Assembly: GCA_964035545.1 (NCBI GenBank)
Contig: CAXIUT010000096.1
Coordinates: 28,696 to 49,000, forward strand
Length of the DNA: 20,305 bases
Source: Bugula neritina
Taxonomy: Eukaryota; Animalia; Bryozoa
Direction: 5' to 3'
This document shows, piece after piece, positions 1-11,880 of the stretch. Every line of letters begins with the position of its first letter. Positions within the stretch are counted from its first letter, which is position 1. A model generated the notes under the pieces. The model had not been told where the DNA came from, did not search any database, and saw only the letters and a program-made list of their open reading frames with translations. Position numbers and translations under genes: made by a program.

Positions 1-81
1 CCCAACCCCAACCCCAACCCCAACCCCAACCCCAACCCCAACCCCAACCCCAACCCCAACCCCAACCCCAACCCCAACCCC
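1..81 (-). repeat. Left telomere, (CCCCAA)n, Tetrahymena-type C4A2 repeat
   Basis: Perfect CCCCAA array from base 1 (starts CCCAA) to 81. The G-rich strand points outward, as expected for a chromosome end. Confidence 0.98.
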
Positions 82-224
82 TTAAGAACATTATTGTTCG
101 AATGAATATCATTTTAAATTAATAAAAATAAATATCATTCATTAATAATTTATTGGTCATCTAAATGTTTTAAAAAAGATAAATGACTATATATTTATTG
201 ATATAACTGATTGCATAATAGTGA

Positions 225-868
225 TCATTGAGTACTGCATTCAATATCTCCTTATTTTGGTTTTTTAGCATTCATCTTTTAGAATTATTTCCTCAAAGCT
301 AAACACTTCTACATTATCAACTACGGCTTCTTGTACTGAATTACACCATAAGTACTGAAACTATCAAAGTATTGTTCTTATATTCATGAGAAAGATTGGC
401 TTTATCCAACTTGATATTCATCCTTTTCAAATCTGGAACATCAAAACGCTTGTAGTATTTCTTCACTGTCGTCTTTATCACTATCTACTGCTTGTCTGAG
501 TCGACTTACAGAAGATAGGCCTCTTGAGGGTAAGGTAAATTTCTTACTCTCCATTGATAATTTTATAGGTTATCTTTTCTAATAAAAATGGGCTAAGTTA
601 TATGACTATTACAGCATTATTAGATTTGATAAGCATTTCTGGGTTACCTTTTTATTATGCTTCTCCGATTTAGTACTACCATTTAGCTTATTTGAAAGTG
701 GTTGCTTTTTTTATTTTTCTTGACAATAGTTAATGAGTTTTCATATCATATTATTCTATCATTTCGTTACCTTCAGGGTAGACATATACTAACCTTCTTT
801 TTCCTGAAATGATAAGAGAAGTAACAGTTGGTTTATCATTAAGTTTCTAAATTAGAGTGATTTACCAT
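225..868 (-). CDS. DPCD: DPCD (deleted in primary ciliary dyskinesia) family protein, ~194 aa
   Basis: With TAR=Glu it reads GKRRLVYVYPEGNEMIEEYDMKTHELLSRK...WEYEIGE...PIFIRKD...YQWRVRNLPYP...KKYYKRFDVPDL...NNTLIVSYKKP...EGDIECSTQ-TGA, matching recalled DPCD motifs. Introns: 847-865 (19 nt, directly after the ATG), 593-612 and 336-355 (20 nt each). The start is less certain because the frame is also open further upstream. Confidence 0.92.
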
Positions 869-1223
869 TAATTGTGTTGTTTTTAGGATTTAAATTATAT
901 TAATTGTGAAACTTTAATTCCAATAATTAAAATCAAAAATAAAATCATTGTTTAACATATCATTTTGTAGTTTTTGATGATATTCACAATTTATCTTTTT
1001 AATTTATATATTTGAGAGAATGTTTCATATTTCTCAATCTTTTCTATTTTATATAAATATTTACTATCAAAGATTGTCAACTAAGTATCAATTATAAATC
1101 AATGGAATAATCATCTTGATAAGGTATCCTTGATTACCTAGATTAAGAAGATTATGTATCATTTTCAACTAAAGATTATGATCTATAAATATCATTTATC
1201 TTATTAATTATTATTTTAAACTA

Positions 1224-1529
1224 TCAAATACACTCTGCATACTCTATATCAATATTTTTTTAGCAATTAGGACAATGAGTAACCCTATCTTTGAATTTAC
1301 TACAAACCATCGGAATCCAAAATAATATTCCCGTAAAGAGAGTCAAACAGACCATCCAAGATATCGATGTACATCCATGTTTTTATATGATATTCATCTA
1401 TCCAGTATACTGACACTGGTTGCATTTGGATTTGATGATGGTCAATCGATTATTGGGTTTGCGGGGTCGTTGGATATTTGAAATATTTGAAAATATCTGT
1501 TATTCTTATTGGATTTAAATCTATTTCAT
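1224..1529 (-). CDS. LITAF-like zinc-ribbon membrane protein, 101 aa
   Basis: CNQC ... hydrophobic stretch SWMVCLTLFTGILFWIPMVC ... KDRVTHCPNC, the CxxC / hydrophobic / HCxxC layout of LITAF domains. No intron; TGA at 1224-1226. Confidence 0.85.
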
Positions 1530-1548
1530 TTATTATAAAAGATTTATA

Positions 1549-2337
1549 TCATTCTATACCAGTCGATAACTAGTCTGTCTACTAGTTGTGCTATGCATTG
1601 CTGCTTATGCCGTTGATTTTCTATTAGGTAGAATTCATGTATTTCATGCCCAGAATCACTAATATTATTACTACCAGGTAGACTGCGTACCATTAATAAA
1701 GGTTATCTACTTTTGTCTACCTTATTTAGGATTTTTGTAAAGAAAGAAAAGACTGCTCTTATTTTTTGGGTATTTCAGGCTGAGGTGGAAGTTATGATTT
1801 CAGATTGGTCTGAGGAGGAGGTGTTTATTTAACAGGAGTTGGTGATTGTTTGATAGAAAGAGTTTATTTAATAACAAAAGTTGATTTTTACCAATCTTCT
1901 ACCTTCTTATCAACCAATAACTTAATTGAGTCAAGAACAGGTTTTCTTTAAAGATTATTAGCAATTCTTTAGATTTACTTTGAACCTGATCTATTAACAA
2001 TAGTTTTAATTTACTTTTCCTCTTCCAAAGATTCCAACAAAACAGATTTTACTCTTGCACTATCCGCAGGTATTTTAATACGATTGACAACTGTTTTTCT
2101 AGAATTTATAAAACGTAGCTAGTTACATGTACTTGCATCATCTGAACACTTTTTTGTATTAATCTTAATGTATGGTTCTAATTTAAGTTATCTCAGTATA
2201 GTTGCCATTTTCGTAGTTTATTGTAGCTAGCCCTATACTTACACACTCATTATTATTCTCTTTTTTTGGTTATGTTCGGGTTGGCAAGAACCTAGAATAA
2301 GAAGCAGTCCTAAAATGGTAAACACAAGAATTTTCAT
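1549..2337 (-). CDS. Hypothetical type I membrane protein, 262 aa
   Basis: Uninterrupted frame under table 30. Signal peptide MKILVFTILGLLLILGSC, a Pro-rich linker, a TM helix WYAVYLVVIILVILGM and a short acidic tail. Confidence 0.78.
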
Positions 2338-2390
2338 TGTGATTTAAATTATAAATTATAAAATAAAATAGTTAATATCAAAGAAAGTCA

Positions 2391-3175
2391 TCATATGAAT
2401 TTTATTTTTACTGTTTTTATTTTTTATGAAAAATTCATTGTACTAGGATTTATCTGAGCTAATACTCGATTTATTCTCAAATGCAAATTTGATAAACTTT
2501 CCTTTTTATGCATTTTGTTCCTCTAAGGCTTAATATGTTTGATAATATTTTACACAGATTCCTCTTCTTAAGCCTAGATCTTTTATATGTTATCAATCAA
2601 TGGCCTTTCTTTAGCGCTAAACCTCATCTATTGCTCATAAACTCGATTCATCTACTTCATCTGTCTCAATTTCTAGTTAAGCAAATTGATTTTATTATTA
2701 AAAATATGAGTAAGATCGTCTTCTTTATTGTTATACTTCTATTACCAACTATGATTGATCTATGATATATTTTTTTCATGATCCAGTTGGACCTTGGCCA
2801 TTAGAGTTGAAAATTGCGATACCTAGTTTTTTAAACTACTGATTTACTACTCATATTTTTTCTTTTACTAGTTATACGACTGCTTCATAGCTTTTATTTC
2901 ACCTTGATGTCGCTCATTGACATCTTGTAAATATTTTTTGTTAAATTGCTAGCGAAATGACTAATCTTGACGGTATTTTGATATGATGGAATCATTGAAT
3001 TTTCTATGCTTCACCTATTTCTATTGGTATTATTCCAACTATGATGATAGTAGTTCTATTTGATCTTACAGCCTTTTCTTTTATTTTCTATGCTACTACT
3101 CTCTAAAAGACAGCTAAATTTGAACATTTGTACTTCTTTTTTTAGTTTCAATATTTACTTTTATTCATAAGTCAT
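2391..3175 (-). CDS. Hypothetical coiled-coil protein, ~254 aa
   Basis: Open frame after removing a 20-nt intron at 3114-3133. E/K/Q-rich heptad-like sequence; ends in tandem TGA TGA. Confidence 0.72.
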
Positions 3176-3200
3176 AACGATTATCTTGTATTATAAACGA

Positions 3201-4730
3201 TCATAAATCTTATAACTTTTATACCTTTTATTTCTACGCCTGCTTTTCTAATTACTCTTGCTGCCTTTTAACTTCATCTTCATTGTTTACATGCAAAAAA
3301 GCTCGACAAATTCCCTTTCTATCAGCCACCTCAAACATCTACATCATTTTATTCATTAGAGACTAGCTTATTTTAGTATACAAAAACTACAATTCGAATT
3401 TAACACATTTATTTAATATATTTTCAATATATGGTATTATAGGTTAAATTGATTGATCTGGTATTTGGTTATTTGACAATCCTATCCATATATTTTTAAT
3501 TTCTGTTTTTGATATTAGTTTAAAAAGATCAAGAATTGATTATTTTTTTATTTAGTTAAATCCAAAGTTAAGATTAAGTGTTTTTAATTTGCTAAGTTGA
3601 GTGATAGACTAACTAACTATATTCAGTCCTTAATCAAGCATATAATTTTATTGCAAATGCAACTCCAAATATTATAATTATGTGATTTTACTCAATAGAT
3701 TGCGTATGTCATAGGCAGCTTTAGTTCCTATTCTATTAACTCCACATCTAAACGATAAATATTTCAATTTCGATAACATTAACATCCCATCAACTATAAA
3801 CTTAAATCCATTATAACCAAAATTTCTAGTACTAACACCTACCTCCAAACGTTCCAAATCAAATAAATTTTAAATACCATTTTTAATTAATTTACCTCCC
3901 TATGTCTCAATAGAATTCAAATCGAAATTCAAAGACAAAGTTTTCAAATCAGACATTAAACTAACAAGTTCACTTATATATTTTACTCCCTATGTTTTTA
4001 AATTATTGAAATAAGCATCGAATTTAAATGTTTGAACATTTGTAAATCTTTTTAAATTTTAATAGATATACTTAGCTCCATTTGCTTTTATCTTATTTCC
4101 TCTTACTATCATCTACATCAATATTAGTCTAGAAGAATTTATTTTCGATATGAATTTATCAAAATTAGAAAATGCCTCAGGTCCCAATTTACAATTAGTT
4201 AAGTCTAAAGCCAATTATTATATATTCTCACTCATTGGAAAGTTAAACATATCATTAAGAGCTTGATTTCCCAGTCTTAGCATCATTAAACTGATCTTTA
4301 GAGAAGTTAAATTGAAAGACGATAGTTTTTAACCAAGTACTTTACCTATTTTTTAAGTTATTTCAGTTGAACTAAGTATCAAATGCAGCTATCTTATTTT
4401 TTATTTTTATATTTTACTCAAAATAGTAATAATTCCCTCATCTCCAACTCTACATCTATCCAAATTAATATACAATATTTATACACTTAGACTTTGATCA
4501 AAGAAATTATCAATAATGTATTTAGGATCTTTACAATATGCGAAAGACAAACTAAGCCTCGATATTTATCTTTTTTTAATTATCTTTTGATACTATCCAT
4601 GATATTGTTCCAACTCAGACATATTTCTTTGCCAATCAGCGTTGAGAGTCAAACTACTGTTGTCTATCTGTTCAAAATGAAGAGAATATACTGAAGATAT
4701 GATGATAGTAATTGCAAGTAGAGTCAACAT
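3201..4730 (-). CDS. Leucine-rich repeat protein (RNI-like repeats) with signal peptide, 509 aa
   Basis: Intronless 1530-nt frame with signal peptide MLTLLAITIIISSVYS. Repeats include ILYINLDRCRVGDEGI, IEELALDLTNCKLGPEA, LKTLSLNFDLNSIETEGG and LEYLELHLQENYMLDEGL. Ends KLEDL-TGA. Confidence 0.87.
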
Positions 4731-4773
4731 TATTAAATAATTAATTAACTCTATAATACGTTAGTATTTTTAA

Positions 4774-6079
4774 ATGTTAGAAATAGGGTAGCAGCTAATC
4801 ACACTAAAAAACATCATATCTATCAAACACATAGACCCCATCAAAAGAGATGAAACTCTACATATCATCAACATGCTTCAAACACAATAAAGTACATCAT
4901 GAATTAATCCAGATAGACTTGACCTCTGTGAAGAATATATAATAAAGACAGAATAGCTAATCGACAAAATCCATTGCTAAACAAACAGACTAGTTTAGAT
5001 GTTAAATCCTGCGATAAATGACTACAACAATCAAATGGATCATTTCCATCATGAGATAGAACAAATAAATAAAAATCATAAAAACTAATGCGAATAATTA
5101 TAGGTATTTTTGTTAATAGATGTAGAATTTACAAAAATAAACTAATTAGAAAATGCAAGATCTCTCATAGTAACTTTATTAAAAATAATAATAAATCAGA
5201 TAACTACATATCAAATTAGTATAAAAAGATAATCAGTATGATAATAGATAGAAATAAAATATATAATATCTCAATAAAATTGGTATTGATTTCTAAAAAT
5301 TACAAAAAGGTTTAGAATAAGCCACTTCTTATAACTATAAAGCAGATTAAGAAATTAAAAGATTAATATGTTAAAATAAAATATTAAAATAGATAAAAAT
5401 ACATAAAGAAGAAGACCAAATAGTAGTCACAGATAAAAGTATTTCAAACAAATCAAAAAAAGATCTATTCAACTCCTCAGAAGATTCCAATTCCATTGCT
5501 CAATGTTCTCTAATCAGCAGTCAATCATAGGGACTATCTCAATTCTAATAAATCAGACACAATCACTCCCAGGAGATAATAGATCGATTAGATAGATCGA
5601 AATAACTAAACAGAGTTTAGACGCTCAAAGATATGCTGAATGTGTCTGTTTAGAAATAGTATCAATTTCACTATAATGCAAATAACAGTCGATAGGGGTC
5701 ATCTAAATAGAATTATCAAAGAAATTGGGACATAGATTCTAAAAGCAAAAGCGATTAAAAGAAATCAATGTGGGATATTAATCGATCTTTATAAATCATA
5801 TAACGAAATAAAACTCAAATCAAATAGTTTAATCTTCATCAAATAGCAAATAATAATAAGTTTCATAATCCTTATTATGTATATTTTCTCATTGCATGCC
5901 AAAATGTTAAAATCAGATCGAAATAATTCTAAAAAATATGTTCGATTTCAACATAGTAAGAATGGAATAGATTGAATACCAAAAAAGTACCTTTGCATTA
6001 GTGGTAAAGTTAGATATAACATTTTTTGATGGATAAATGTTCAAGTCGAAGATAATCATTGAATTCTTTGAAATAGTGA
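4774..6079 (+). CDS. Hypothetical coiled-coil protein with small C-terminal globular domain, ~420 aa
   Basis: Open after removing introns 4892-4912 (21 nt) and 5104-5125 (22 nt). The C-terminal NPYYVYFLIACQNVKI...KICSI...KVPLHEWESEIEHFL resembles, from memory, an unnamed domain common in ciliate proteins. Confidence 0.72.
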
Positions 6080-6133
6080 TTTTATTGACTGTTTTAATAT
6101 CAATTTTAATTAATATAAATAGAAATTTTTTCA

Positions 6134-6409
6134 ATGAATTCATAAGATCAGAACCCATATCTAAAGAAATAAAAAACAGTTGTTTAGTAAAGTAGACGAT
6201 CTTAAATCAAATAACCATTACTAGCCTAGAAATATCCTTCAGTAGTTTTAATCGATGACCCTTAACCTCAAAAATATCCAATTAAAGTCAAAAGAAAAAT
6301 AAAATAAAATATAATTCACTAAAATACATCTAATTTTGCCACCTAATGTTGCTGCTATTGTCTAATTGGATGTTTATGTTAGTGCTTAATTGAAAGTGCG
6401 ACTAGATGA
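6134..6409 (+). CDS. Small protein with Cys-rich C-terminus (CYSTM-like), 91 aa
   Basis: ATG to TGA in one frame; C-terminal ECCCYCLIGCLCECLIESATR. Confidence 0.72.
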
Positions 6410-6451
6410 TTCATGGATCTCTATTTACTTATATTTAATTAATAAATAAAA

Positions 6452-6694
6452 ATGAACTACGGAGCTGGATACTACCAACCCTACGTATAAACAGAAATAG
6501 TCACCATCCAACAACCAGTACAGCCTTACTACAATCAACCCATGATAGTCCAACCGCAACCTCAAGTAGTAGTAGTTTAAAACAATGGATATAGCAACAA
6601 TGGATATAATAATAATAATATTGCAGCTGCCGAAGCAGGAGCCTGCTGCGCCATGTGCTGCTGTCTGTAGTTGCTATGCTGCTGTCTTCTATGA
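6452..6694 (+). CDS. CYSTM (CYSPD) family protein, 80 aa
   Basis: Y/Q/P-rich N-terminus (YYQPY...QQPVQPYYNQP...QPQPQVVVV) and C-terminal AGACCAMCCCLELLCCCLL-TGA, the typical CYSTM architecture. Confidence 0.86.
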
Positions 6695-6855
6695 TTTGCT
6701 GATCTATCTGTTTCTATAATTTGGATCTGGTATTTATCATTTTTCCCTATCAGGATTTATAAACCACAAAAGAGATAAAATCAAGTTTAATTTTGTTTTT
6801 ATTTTTTTAGAATTGAAACTAATTAATATTTGATATTTATTATAAAATAATATCG

Positions 6856-7991
6856 ATGCAATACTTGGTAAGATTTCGTAGATATATGGGTTCATCAATG
6901 TTCAAGAATGTCTACCTTCCAGGCATCCTAATAATAGCAACAAGCGGTCTCCTCTTCGAACAAACTGTAACCATCTGATAACAAAAGTATCTCATTTTAT
7001 AGTAATGGACTTCTTACTGGATCCTAACTGCTTCAAATTGGCTGCTCTACATATTATGTTTCATCTCGTTCTTCCAAAGCATCCGCATAAATAATAAAAT
7101 ACCATCAGTAATGCCGACTCCTCGCCAAAAGACACAACTTCAAAACAACCATCCTCTTTACACATAAAAAGGAAAATGCGATCGCTAGAATAGTCGATAT
7201 AAACCACCAAGAACATCACATTGTAGAATAGATGGCTGTGTATCAAGAATGGTAAATACTTTTTTATTTTTAGGATCATCATTGTCCCTATATTGATAAC
7301 TGTCTTGCCTATGCCAATCTTAAGTCTTTTCTTTTGTTTACTGGATATGGAGGAGTAAATACTGTTTTATTTATAGACTTTTGCCCTGCAATTTATGATC
7401 ACGTCGTTTGGTACATACTTTACTTTTAGAAATAAATAGTTTAATCCTTATTCGGAGTTTATTATCCTAGTTTGGATGCTTCTTACTGTTGCTTCCTTTG
7501 CTTTAGCTACGAGCATGTTGGGTTTAACTTTCATGGTGCTTTTATATACATCTAAAAATGTAACTAAGTTAGATCTCATGAAAGGAACTTTCAAATACAA
7601 AGATCCTCAAAATATTTGCCCAAATCCATTTAATCTTGGGGCAATAACAAACTTTGCAACAGTTTTTGAATAAAACCTTTGGACTTGGTGGTGGCCAAGT
7701 AAAATAATTCCAAGAGCCGATGGCATAAGATTTCCAATGATTCCTCCAGTAAGTACATAAGATATAAAAAAATTACCACTACAAGTGAGGAAAAGACTTG
7801 AAGATTAGAAATAAAAAGAAATACCAGATAATATTGAGTAACTTTTACTACTTTAGAAACATAAATATAAAAATGTGATATTTTTCTTTGGAGGAGAACA
7901 ATATAGAATCGATTTTTAGTAAAAGAAATAGATCAAATAGTAATAAATTATAGAAAAAGAATAATAAATAAAAGAAGATTAGGATGAATGA
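6856..7991 (+). CDS. DHHC-type protein S-acyltransferase (palmitoyltransferase), ~356 aa
   Basis: KPPRTSHC...[15 protein letters not shown]...NLKSFLLF, four TM segments, NVTKLD, NPFNLGAITNFATVF...WWWP and an acidic tail. Introns: 6967-6987 (21 nt), 7252-7273 (22 nt), 7355-7376 (22 nt). A possible in-frame 24-nt intron lies at 7108-7131. Confidence 0.93.
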
Positions 7992-8077
7992 TTTTGAACT
8001 TTTATTTTTTTATATAAAATAATTTAATATTATTTTTTGATTTAATATTGGTTATAAATTATAATTTTAACGAACTA

Positions 8078-8577
8078 ATGCATAGATTTCTTGATATTTT
8101 GCTCATTACTTTACTCATAGTTCAAATATCATCGCTAACTATCCATTCTATAAATCATTAATTAAAATCTCATCAACAAGGGGTTGGGGTTGGGGTTGGG
8201 GTTGGGGTTGGGGTTGGGGTTGGGGTTGGGGTTGGGGTTGGGGTTGGGGTTGGGAAAATTAAAGGAAGAGATATGAATGGATAGTTTAACTAATAACTTA
8301 ATAAAGAGTTTATTCCTTTCAAAATCAAACAAATCAAAGAATAGAATAAAAATAAGGATCAAAATAAGAAAAAATAAGTTAAAAATGATAAAAATTAATA
8401 ATCTACTTCATCAAAAAACATTATAAAAAATCATAAAATACAAAAAAATCTGAAAATAAATAACCTTAGCCTAACAAAACATCTTAAACGAATACTTCCT
8501 CTAAATAATAAACAAAACCTGAATCACCTGATGATGTAAAACCAATTTAAATCAAACCAGCCTAAACAAAAAAATGA
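8078..8577 (+). CDS. Hypothetical secreted low-complexity protein, interrupted in frame by telomere tract 8180-8254
   Basis: ATG at 8078 gives signal peptide MHRFLDILLITLLIVQISS. 34 codons run exactly to the tract, and the same frame resumes at 8255 (KIKGRDMNGEFNEELNKEF...). A frameshift in the A-runs at 8413-8430 is needed to reach ...KPESPDDVKPIEIKPAETKK-TGA. Confidence 0.6.
8180..8254 (+). repeat. Internal telomeric tract 1, (GGGGTT)12 GGG, 75 nt
   Basis: Perfect repeats in right-end orientation, with no opposing CCCCAA tract after them. Confidence 0.97.
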
Positions 8578-8641
8578 TCTTTAAACTTTTATTAATAAAA
8601 TTAATATATGGAAGGTATTATTGATAATTATGTTAAAGAAA

Positions 8642-10083
<1,442 letters not shown>

Positions 10084-10179
10084 AATTTAAGTACTTAATT
10101 ACTTAATAATTATAGATAAACTTTAATCTGGTTTTGATAAATGTAAAATTATAGATTTATTGATATGAAGTTTTGGAGA

Positions 10180-10657
10180 TCACTTCTTTTTACCCATTTT
10201 AGAAAGAGGGTCGAAAGGGTCCACAGCTATGTTAAAGTAATAATACGAGGAGTCCATTTAGGCTTTTTCCAGCCTTTAGGAAGACGTCTTTCAAGGCATC
10301 TTAGATCTTTATTCTCATGAATATTGTATTTTCCTTCTTTGTAAAGTTCAACATTTTGTCCTTTTCCATACTGCCCTGAAGATGTTTCGAAAACTTTCCC
10401 ATCCATCTTTCGTATCTCATCTTCTAATTCTTGAATTCTATCATTAATGGTTTATTTCTTATCAGATTTTTCTGCTCCTACTTTTTCTGGAGAAAATCCT
10501 GCATGAGTTAAAGATTACCTTTGGTATAATATCCCCATTGATTATTCCATTTTTGTTAGGCATCAAGTTAGTTATTGACTCTGATGGTCCAGTTTCTATC
10601 GATAGAAACTACATCTTTTGGGAGTTTAAGAGCTTTTGGGTCTACTTTTTCTGCCAT
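10180..10657 (-). CDS. Putative ciliary microtubule inner protein (C20orf85/C2orf50, CIMIP1/5-like N-terminal motif), 145 aa
   Basis: DVVSIDRNWTIRVNNELDAEQKWNNQWGYY matches the recalled D-x-V-x2-D-x2-W...E...W-x3-WG motif. Two 20-nt introns (10499-10518 and 10227-10246) give a clean frame. Confidence 0.68.
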
Positions 10658-11262
10658 TGAAGTTATATTTATCTTTATTAAATTCTTAAACCAATAAAAT
10701 TATAGATGAAAATCATTCATTGATATAGAACACAATTATTCATTAAATAAAGAATAAGATTTTTAAAGAATAGTAAAATATATATATTATATCAATTTTT
10801 GTATAAATTATAAACTCTTATAAACATTTACACAATTAGTAGCAATAAATCAAATTTTTATACCCCAAATTTTATTATTTGAAAGTTCATCTTATATCAA
10901 ACATATTTCAGTAGTTTTTTTTATTAATGATTATCTTTTTATTTTGAATTACTTTGCAGTTTTTGTTTATGAAAATATAAAGTAAAAAATTGAATTATTT
11001 TATCATGATATTTGTTATGAAGTTATTTTCTTACCTCTAAAATCATCTTTATTATTCTAAAATATGTGATTTTCGATCTTATCAAGTTATTTCAGTTTTT
11101 TGGATTTGAAAGAAGCATAGGTTCTACTAAAAAAAGCTCAGACTAATATTGTTTCTATCATGATGTTAGTTCGTTTTAGTACATTATTTCTAGCATGATT
11201 GTTATTTTAAATTAGAATATTTAGAAGAAATCAGAATAGTTGTAATTTGCAAATAACAATAG

Positions 11263-11757
11263 ATGACTCTCAGAACAAAAGACGTTAACATCAAAGGCTC
11301 ATAACATCCTGAAGAACTCGAACCCATTAATGGTACCAATCATTCAAATAAAGATCATAACGTTAAATTTTACGAAGAATACAGAAAAATTTATTCAACA
11401 GGTTTTTGTCTTTCTCAACAATTAAAACAACTTATCTCGAGCAAAGAAGAATTTTGGAAAAAACTACTAGCCTATGAAGTAAACTTCTCATTTATTTAGA
11501 AAAGAGCTTAGGAAGACTTTAAAGATAAGATGAGAAAATAAGCTCCATAAAGAAAAAAACGTACTAGAAGACAAGCAAACGAAATATAAAAAAGCTACCC
11601 ATGTGATGTTCCAAAATGCAATAGAAGCTATGGATCTGAAGGAAGTTTACTACAGCATCTAAAACTCAAACATCCATAAAAACATGAAGAAATATCAAAG
11701 TCATCCAAAGTAAAGTTTCAATCTGATTCCATCAATCAAGATTAAATATTCTAGTGA
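11263..11757 (+). CDS. Single C2H2 zinc-finger protein (ciliate RRxAxEI-C2H2 type), ~157 aa
   Basis: RKKRTRRQANEIEKSYPCDVPKCNRSYGSEGSLLQHLKLKH. Probable in-frame 21-nt intron at 11479-11499. Confidence 0.87.
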
Positions 11758-11880
11758 AATGATCATAGCCTATCATCTTGATTTTATGACTTCAGTATTT
11801 ATACAATTTACTAGTTTTATACTAAATTCATACCAGTAAATTAATAGTTCTATCAAAAATACTAACTAAATATAATAAAA

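Noticed and set aside
86-99. Subtelomeric mini-hairpin GAACA-TTAT-TGTTC
   Set aside because: The stem is only 5 bp and it is not present at the other three telomere junctions.
827-835. Partial Tetrahymena Cbs-like TAAACCAAC on the minus strand
   Set aside because: Only 9 of 15 bases match, it lies within the DPCD CDS, and it is far from any telomere junction.
8162-8362. ORF with (PN)n repeat
   Set aside because: The repeat is simply the C-strand translation of telomere tract 1.
10591-10610. Perfect 20-bp palindrome AGTTTCTATCGATAGAAACT
   Set aside because: It is a single occurrence inside a conserved coding motif and is plausible by chance in 20 kb of AT-rich DNA.
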